From contig DASCPX010000236.1 of assembly GCA_036012755.1 (NCBI GenBank), positions 1 through 16,950 of the forward strand: DNA of 16,950 nucleotides, given 5' to 3'. The DNA is from Myxococcota bacterium. Lineage in GTDB: Bacteria > Myxococcota_A > UBA796 > CAJQPC01. The translations under genes and the position numbers were made by a program. A model generated the notes under the pieces. The model saw only the letters and a program-made list of their open reading frames with translations, had not been told where the DNA came from and searched no databases. Below, piece after piece: positions 1-5,119 of this stretch (the first letter of the stretch is position 1; every line of letters begins with the position of its first letter).

Positions 1-617
1 ATCAGCGAGACCACCTTGCCGAGCACCTCGACGTCCATCGTGCCGTCGACGTAGATCGGCTCCATCGAGGAGTTGGCGGGCTGGAGCCTGATGCGGTCGC
101 CTTCGCGGTAGAAGCGCTTCACCGTGGCTTCGTCGAAGACGCGCACGACCACGGTCTCGCCATTTCGCGCCGTCTTTGTCTGGCGCACGATGACCACGTC
201 GCCGTCGAGGATGCCGTCTTCGACCATGGACTCGCCGGCGACGGTGAGGGCGAAGCAGGAGGCGCCGGGTGGGACCAGGGTGGCGTCGACGCGGACGCTG
301 GAGTCGTAGTTCTCCTCCGCCAGGGCCGGGATCCCCGCGGCCACGCGGCCGATGATGGGGACGGCGACTGTGGCCTCCTCGTGGAAGTTGCCGGTAGCCT
401 TCGTGGTGAGGCGAATGCTGCGAGCGCGCCCCCGGCCCCCCACGCGCTCGATGTAGCCCTTGCGTGCCAAGGCCTTGACGTGGTCCGCGACGCCGTTTGT
501 CGAGCGTATGCCCAGGGCGTCGCCGATCTCCCGAAAGGACGGCGCGATGCCGCGCTGATCGATGGACGAGGCGATGTACTCGAGGATTGCTTGCTGGCGG
601 GGGGCGAGGTCTTCCAT
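1..617 (-). CDS. lexA: SOS-response transcriptional repressor LexA (3' end runs off the left edge of the window)
   Basis: Translated by hand from the ATG at 617-615: MEDLAPRQQAILEYIASSIDQRGIAPSFREIGDALGIRSTNGVADHVKALARKGYIERV (winged HTH) ... VPIIGRVAAGIP (Ala-Gly autocleavage site) ... FALTVAGESM (catalytic Ser) ... DEATVKRFYREGDRIRLQPANSSMEPI (catalytic Lys) ... VEVLGKVVSL. There are 205 open codons to the window edge, so the stop lies outside and the ORF track omits the gene. Confidence 0.97.
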   Translation of the reverse strand, partial: MEDLAPRQQAILEYIASSIDQRGIAPSFREIGDALGIRSTNGVADHVKALARKGYIERVGGRGRARSIRLTTKATGNFHEEATVAVPIIGRVAAGIPALAEENYDSSVRVDATLVPPGASCFALTVAGESMVEDGILDGDVVIVRQTKTARNGETVVVRVFDEATVKRFYREGDRIRLQPANSSMEPIYVDGTMDVEVLGKVVSL

Positions 618-623
618 GCCACC

Positions 624-652
624 GTCCTACTGAACATCTGTGCGGCTGTCAA
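624..652 (-). promoter_or_regulatory. Sigma70-type lexA promoter (-35 TTGACA at 652-647, 17-bp spacer, -10 TAGGAC at 629-624)
   Basis: The + strand TGTCAA at 647-652 is a perfect TTGACA on the minus strand. Exactly 17 bp downstream is TAGGAC, and the lexA ATG follows 6 nt after it. Confidence 0.65.
629..645 (-). promoter_or_regulatory. Putative LexA (SOS) box 1
   Basis: The minus strand reads CCGCACAGATGTTCAGT, a 13/17 match to the Myxococcus xanthus LexA consensus as I recall it (CTRHAMRYBYGTTCAGS), with the GTTCAG core intact. It lies in the lexA promoter spacer. Confidence 0.7.
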
Positions 653-662
653 GGGGTTCAGG
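646..662 (+). promoter_or_regulatory. Putative LexA (SOS) box 2
   Basis: CTGTCAAGGGGTTCAGG is a 14/17 match to CTRHAMRYBYGTTCAGS. It abuts box 1 in the opposite orientation and overlaps the lexA -35. Confidence 0.55.
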
Positions 663-670
663 TGCGCAGT

Positions 671-679
671 TGGTAGCCT
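671..679 (+). promoter_or_regulatory. Putative extended -10 promoter (TGnTAGCCT) for the histidine kinase operon
   Basis: TGGTAGCCT fits TGn-TAnnnT. It ends 5 nt before the in-frame GTG at 685, which has no clear Shine-Dalgarno at normal spacing. Confidence 0.45.
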
Positions 680-684
680 GGGGT

Positions 685-2190
685 GTGAGCCAGGATCCTC
701 AGTTTCCGGTCGACATCGGCCAAGGCGCCTCCAGCCGGAGGGGTCTCTGGGTCGAGATCGCCGGCACCCTCGCGCTGATCACGCTGTTGTCGATCCTCGC
801 CAACGCGGCGCTGTTCTCCGTGCTCGCCTTCGAGCTCGAGCTGCAGCGGCGCACCGACCTGGCGCTGAGCGCGGCGCGAACCCTGCGTGGGCAGATGGAG
901 TCCACGCCGGACAGCCGCAGGTGGCGTGACATCGCCAAGGCCTTTCGCACCGGTGGCATGGAGATCAGCGACCTGTGGGTGGTGAAGAGCGACCTCAGCC
1001 CGGCCTTCGTGCTGGAAGGGGGCCCGCCGACCGAGGCGGATCCTGGCCTGGAGGCCGCGCTGCAGGAGAAGAAGGAGCGGGTCGAGGTCGTCGGAACGGC
1101 CTTCGATGACCGCCGTGTGGTCGTGGTGACGGAGCCGATCATCTCGGGCCGGACCGTCTCCGCCCTGCGCATCGGGCTCCCCCTGGAAGGCGAAGGGCCC
1201 GTGGCTCCGGGCATCGGGCTCGTGCTGGGGTTCACCTTCTTCAGCTCCACCATCGTGGCGCTGTCGGGCTACGCCCTGCTCAGACGTAGGCTGCTCAGCC
1301 CCGTCGCCCGGCTCCAGTCAGCCACTCAGGCCATCGCCGGCGGGGAGTTCGAGACCGTCGTCCGGGTCGACGCGGCCCGTGAGCTGTCGGAGCTGGCCTC
1401 GGCGCTCAACGTCCTCGCGGTCTCGCTGCAGTCGTACCGAGCACGGACCCGTGAACAGGTCGAGTCCCTCGAGGCGGCCAACCAGGAGCTCCAGAGCGTC
1501 CAGCGGCAGCTCATCCGCTCGGCGCAGCTGGCCAGCGTCGGTCGCATGGCGGCCGGGATCGCGCACGAGGTCGGCAACCCCCTGGCGGCGGTGCTCGGCT
1601 ATGTCGAGGTGCTGAGCACCGGCGTCGACGATCAAGAGGTGGAGCGTGACCTGCTCGAGCGCTCGAAGAAGGAGATCAACAGGATCAACCGCATCGTCAG
1701 GGATCTGCTCGACTTCGCTCGGCCAGGCACCGGGGAGCGCTCCCAGGTCCACCCGAAGACCGCGCTGTCCGAGGCGCTGGAGACCGTGGTGCACCAGCCC
1801 GGGTTCCGAGATGTGGAGGTCGTCGTCGAGGCGGCGGAGAGCCTGCCCAGCATCGAGTGCGAGGCCGACAAGTTCCACCAGGTGCTGGTGAACCTGCTGC
1901 TCAATGCGGCGGACGCCATCGACGGCGAGGGCCGAGTCCACGCCTCGGCGAAGGTCGTCGACGTCGATCTCGTCATCGCGATCGCGGACGACGGTCCGGG
2001 CTTCGATGCGGCCTTCCTCGACGCCATCTTCGAGCCCTTCGTCACCACCAAGGTCGCGGGCAGGGGGACCGGCCTCGGCCTCGCCATCTGCCAGTCCATC
2101 CTCGAGGCGGAGGGGGGCTGGATCCGCGCCGAGAATCGCGACAACGGGGGGGCGGTGATCTCCTTCGGCCTGCCCCTGGAGCGCTCCTGA
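685..2190 (+). CDS. Membrane sensor histidine kinase (2 TM + periplasmic domain, HAMP, HisKA, HATPase_c; NtrB/PilS-like class)
   Basis: TM segments IAGTLALITLLSILANAALFSVLAF and IGLVLGFTFFSSTIVALSGYALL. HAMP region PVARLQSATQAIAGG...ELSELASALN. H-box AAGIAHEVGNPL, N-box QVLVNLLLNAADA, G1 DDGPG, F-box IFEPFVTTK, G2 GTGLGL. Start set at GTG 685 because the ORF-track start at 640 lies inside the lexA promoter/operator. Confidence 0.95.
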   Translation: MSQDPQFPVDIGQGASSRRGLWVEIAGTLALITLLSILANAALFSVLAFELELQRRTDLALSAARTLRGQMESTPDSRRWRDIAKAFRTGGMEISDLWVVKSDLSPAFVLEGGPPTEADPGLEAALQEKKERVEVVGTAFDDRRVVVVTEPIISGRTVSALRIGLPLEGEGPVAPGIGLVLGFTFFSSTIVALSGYALLRRRLLSPVARLQSATQAIAGGEFETVVRVDAARELSELASALNVLAVSLQSYRARTREQVESLEAANQELQSVQRQLIRSAQLASVGRMAAGIAHEVGNPLAAVLGYVEVLSTGVDDQEVERDLLERSKKEINRINRIVRDLLDFARPGTGERSQVHPKTALSEALETVVHQPGFRDVEVVVEAAESLPSIECEADKFHQVLVNLLLNAADAIDGEGRVHASAKVVDVDLVIAIADDGPGFDAAFLDAIFEPFVTTKVAGRGTGLGLAICQSILEAEGGWIRAENRDNGGAVISFGLPLERS

Positions 2191-3602
2191 GCCGCCTGGA
2201 GGTCCTCTTCGAGAAGCGAGGCGCTGCCTTGCTGGTCGTCGTGTTGGTCGCCGCGGGTCTGCGGCTGGTGAGGGCCCTGTCCCGCTGGGACGAGATCGCC
2301 CTGGCATACGCCGCCTACCAACAGCCCTGGGTCGACTCCATCGGCTCGCCGAGCGGCATGCTCGGGACCTTCGTCGGCCTCCATCCGCCGGCCTACTCGG
2401 CGCTCTACAGCCTGCTCGACTGGAGCTGGGGCGCGCCGATGGCGTGGCTCCTGACATCCGCCCTGTTGTCCACCGCGGCGGTCTGGCTCGTGGGCCGGGT
2501 GGGGGGCATCGGCGCGGCGCTGTGCCTCTGCTTCGACCCGCTGCAGCTGGCCTACGCCGCAGAGGTCAACAACTACCCGCTGATGGTCTTCGCCATCGCG
2601 CTCTGCCTCCACGAGCGAGAGCGCGTCCGGGCAGACGGGCGCTGGCTGGGGCTGGCCCTGGCCGGCGCCCTGGCTGGGTGGACACACCTCCTCGCCGGCG
2701 CCGTGGCCGGGCTCATCGCCCTGACCCTGGTCCAGACGGACAGGCGCGCGACCCTCCGAGTGCTGGGCCTGATGGCGGTGCTCTGCCTGCCCGTCATCGC
2801 TCGGGCCGCGGTGCTCGGAAGCGGCGAGGACACATACGGCCAGTCGGGGCTCGACCTCGCGACGGTGTGGACTGGCCTCTCCGAGAAGTCGGGGTGGTGG
2901 GTCATCGCCTGGCTGGTCGCGGGCCTGTCGCTCCGCCGGTGGCGGCTGAGCGTGGTCCTGTGGCTCACGGCGGCGGCCATCCTCGGCCTGATCGCGCTCG
3001 GCGTCAGCGCTTCGCACCAGCAGCCCTATTGGCTCGCGCTCGGTCCACTCGCCGCCCTGGCACCCAGGCGCGCCATCGCCGCAGCCTTCGCGCTGTTCGG
3101 CCTGTACTGGTGCATCGGCCACACGTTGCAGCCCGCCTGGCGACTCGGGCAGAGCCTGGAGAGACCTCGGGCCATCGACACCGCCCTGGCTTCGGACGCC
3201 GAGGCGCTCTGGCTGCTGGCCCCTGCGCTGATGCCCGATGACGACAAGACGATGGACTCCGACGTGCTCTGGCGCTTCGGTCCCTTCTCTCGCATGGAGC
3301 CCTGGCGAGGTCCTCGGCCCGGCAGCTTCGAGTACACCGACTACCGCTTCGGCCAGCCGCGGGTGATGAACGGCCGCATCGTGCACACCTCCACCTCCCT
3401 CGATCCGGCCGTCGTGGACCTGGTCGTCGGCTGGCACCTCGACGCGGGCCGCGAGGTGGTCTTCGTCCTCTACGACCACGGGCCGGCGAACGACTACCCG
3501 GGCATGCTGAGGGGCGCTCTGAAGCCCTGGGACGCCACCTGCATCCAGGTGGGCGAGGACGTCGGGCTCGGAACCGACCTCCTCTGCGAGGTGGCGCCCT
3601 GA
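2187..3602 (+). CDS. Polytopic membrane GT-C-fold glycosyltransferase (PMT/ArnT-like, GT39/GT83-like)
   Basis: C-terminal part of ORF 1857..3602. It has many hydrophobic helices, WDE after the first TM, LHPPAY, LAYAAEVNNYPL and GWTH (PMT_2-like pattern WxDE / HPPxY / YxxExRxY / H), and a soluble C-terminal domain. Start uncertain: CTG 2187 (GGAG-N5, overlapping the HK stop) or TTG 2229 (GAGG-N7). Confidence 0.72.
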   Translation: MSRLEVLFEKRGAALLVVVLVAAGLRLVRALSRWDEIALAYAAYQQPWVDSIGSPSGMLGTFVGLHPPAYSALYSLLDWSWGAPMAWLLTSALLSTAAVWLVGRVGGIGAALCLCFDPLQLAYAAEVNNYPLMVFAIALCLHERERVRADGRWLGLALAGALAGWTHLLAGAVAGLIALTLVQTDRRATLRVLGLMAVLCLPVIARAAVLGSGEDTYGQSGLDLATVWTGLSEKSGWWVIAWLVAGLSLRRWRLSVVLWLTAAAILGLIALGVSASHQQPYWLALGPLAALAPRRAIAAAFALFGLYWCIGHTLQPAWRLGQSLERPRAIDTALASDAEALWLLAPALMPDDDKTMDSDVLWRFGPFSRMEPWRGPRPGSFEYTDYRFGQPRVMNGRIVHTSTSLDPAVVDLVVGWHLDAGREVVFVLYDHGPANDYPGMLRGALKPWDATCIQVGEDVGLGTDLLCEVAP

Positions 3603-5035
3603 ACCCCGTCGTCGACCCGCTGGCTCCCTGGCAGACCGCCTGGCCTGCTCTGCCCGCCCTCATCATGCTGATCGCCGGTCTGTGGTACCTGCGCCGGGAG
3701 CTGATCCCCGGCCGCGCGCTGTCCGCCGTCCTCGCCGGAGCGCTCGCCGTCCGGACCTTGGTGCTGCCCATCTGGCGGCACGAGTACGACGGTCACGAGG
3801 CCGAGTACCTCGACCTTTGGATGGGGACTCGGGAGCTCAGCCAAGGCGGCACGATGCTCTACCCGGCGATGCAGTGGCTCTACCGTGGCCTCGGCACGGT
3901 CGCCCCGGTCGAGCACGGCCCGCTCGTGCTGTCGCTGGCCGCCGGGCTGGTCAGCATCGCTGCGCTCCACGGCCTGCTCGCGCGCCTCGTCGACCGGCGG
4001 GTCGCCCTCGCGGCCAGCGTGGCCCTGGCTCTCTGCGGGACCCACGCCTTCTGGTCGTCTTCTGCCTACAACGTCATCCTCCCCCACGCCCTGGCGATGG
4101 TCTCGCTGTGGGCCGTCGCGATCCTGGCCCGGCGGGGGGATGCCCTGGGCGCTGGGCTGGTCGCCGGGGGTGCGGCCGCGCTGGCAGTCGCGACCCGCCT
4201 GGAGAGCGTCGCCTTGGCGCCGGTCGGCCTGGTCCTGCTCATCGTCTACAGGCCGCCGGCTTGGAAGCGTTGGCTGCCCCCGCTCGTGCTTGCAGCGGGC
4301 CTCGCCGTCGTCGCAGCGGGGCTGGTCGTGCTGCCCGGGGGACAACTGACACCTGGCTCCGGGCAGCGCGCGCTGGCCTTCGAGGACAACGCGACCCTGT
4401 TGTCCTACTTCGCTCCCTTCGACGCGACCTGGCTCCTGCCGGTCGGGCTCGTCGCGCTGGCGCTGGCCCTCCGCCAACGGCCCGGTCTCTTCGGCGCCCT
4501 GTTGGCGCTGGTGGTGGGCTCGCACCTGGTGTTCGCCACCTTCGACGACTACGGCTTCCGCCACCTGCTGAATGCCTTGGCGGCCCTCTGCGCCTTGTTC
4601 GCCGTGCTCGTCCGCTGGAAGTACACGCTGCCGTTGTACTTCGTCGCGCTGGCGTCCCTGGGATGGCAGACCCTCGATGTGCGCGAGCGCTACTACGCCA
4701 GCGAGGAGTCCTACGCCGGGACCCTGGACCCGACGCTCCCGGTGCGCACTTCCACTGGGGACTGCGCCTTGATCAACGAGGACAGTCGGATCGTGCTGGA
4801 GCAGGAGCAGCTGTCGCACTTCAACCTGCTGGACCCCGCGGAGGCGCAGCGACTTCGCGAGGAGTACGGGTGCATCCTGTGGCTCCAGACCGTGCAGGAC
4901 CACCGGTGGTCGAGCCGCTCGGTGAGGGCCCGGGCGCTCAGGCTGGAGCACCTCTACGAGTTGACCCCCAAGGCGGTCGTGAAGCGCGACAATGGCTTCG
5001 TTGGCCAGCTCGTCGAGGTAGGCGAGCGTAAGTGA
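3599..5035 (+). CDS. Second polytopic membrane protein, probable GT-C-fold glycosyltransferase
   Basis: Acidic loop HEYDGHEAEYLD after an N-terminal TM, LYP, HAFWSSSAYN, TRLE and late YGFRHLL, with multiple TMs and a soluble C-terminal domain. The ATG at 3665 lacks an SD. The in-frame CTG at 3599 has GAGGTG-N5 and overlaps the upstream stop. Confidence 0.62.
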   Translation: MNPVVDPLAPWQTAWPALPALIMLIAGLWYLRRELIPGRALSAVLAGALAVRTLVLPIWRHEYDGHEAEYLDLWMGTRELSQGGTMLYPAMQWLYRGLGTVAPVEHGPLVLSLAAGLVSIAALHGLLARLVDRRVALAASVALALCGTHAFWSSSAYNVILPHALAMVSLWAVAILARRGDALGAGLVAGGAAALAVATRLESVALAPVGLVLLIVYRPPAWKRWLPPLVLAAGLAVVAAGLVVLPGGQLTPGSGQRALAFEDNATLLSYFAPFDATWLLPVGLVALALALRQRPGLFGALLALVVGSHLVFATFDDYGFRHLLNALAALCALFAVLVRWKYTLPLYFVALASLGWQTLDVRERYYASEESYAGTLDPTLPVRTSTGDCALINEDSRIVLEQEQLSHFNLLDPAEAQRLREEYGCILWLQTVQDHRWSSRSVRARALRLEHLYELTPKAVVKRDNGFVGQLVEVGERK

Positions 5036-5057
5036 AGGCTTGAGACTACGTTGAATC

Positions 5058-5086
5058 CATGGAGGGAACCTCATGGAGGGAACCTC
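5058..5086. repeat. Perfect 14-bp tandem direct repeat (CATGGAGGGAACCT x2)
   Basis: 5058-5071 and 5072-5085 are identical, plus one extra C at 5086. It sits in the only sizeable gap of the + strand gene run. Confidence 0.9.
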
Positions 5087-5119
5087 GCCGGGGACAATGC
5101 ACTCGGAAGTGCGGAGAGC

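Noticed and set aside
119..929. ORF-track calls 119..652 (-), 124..309 (+) and 381..929 (+)
   Set aside because: They are alternative frames over lexA and the HK start; the true lexA frame has all the family motifs.
1857..2186. N-terminal 110 aa of ORF 1857..3602
   Set aside because: R/G/P-rich off-frame translation overlapping the HK ATPase domain; protein-like sequence starts only at the HK stop.
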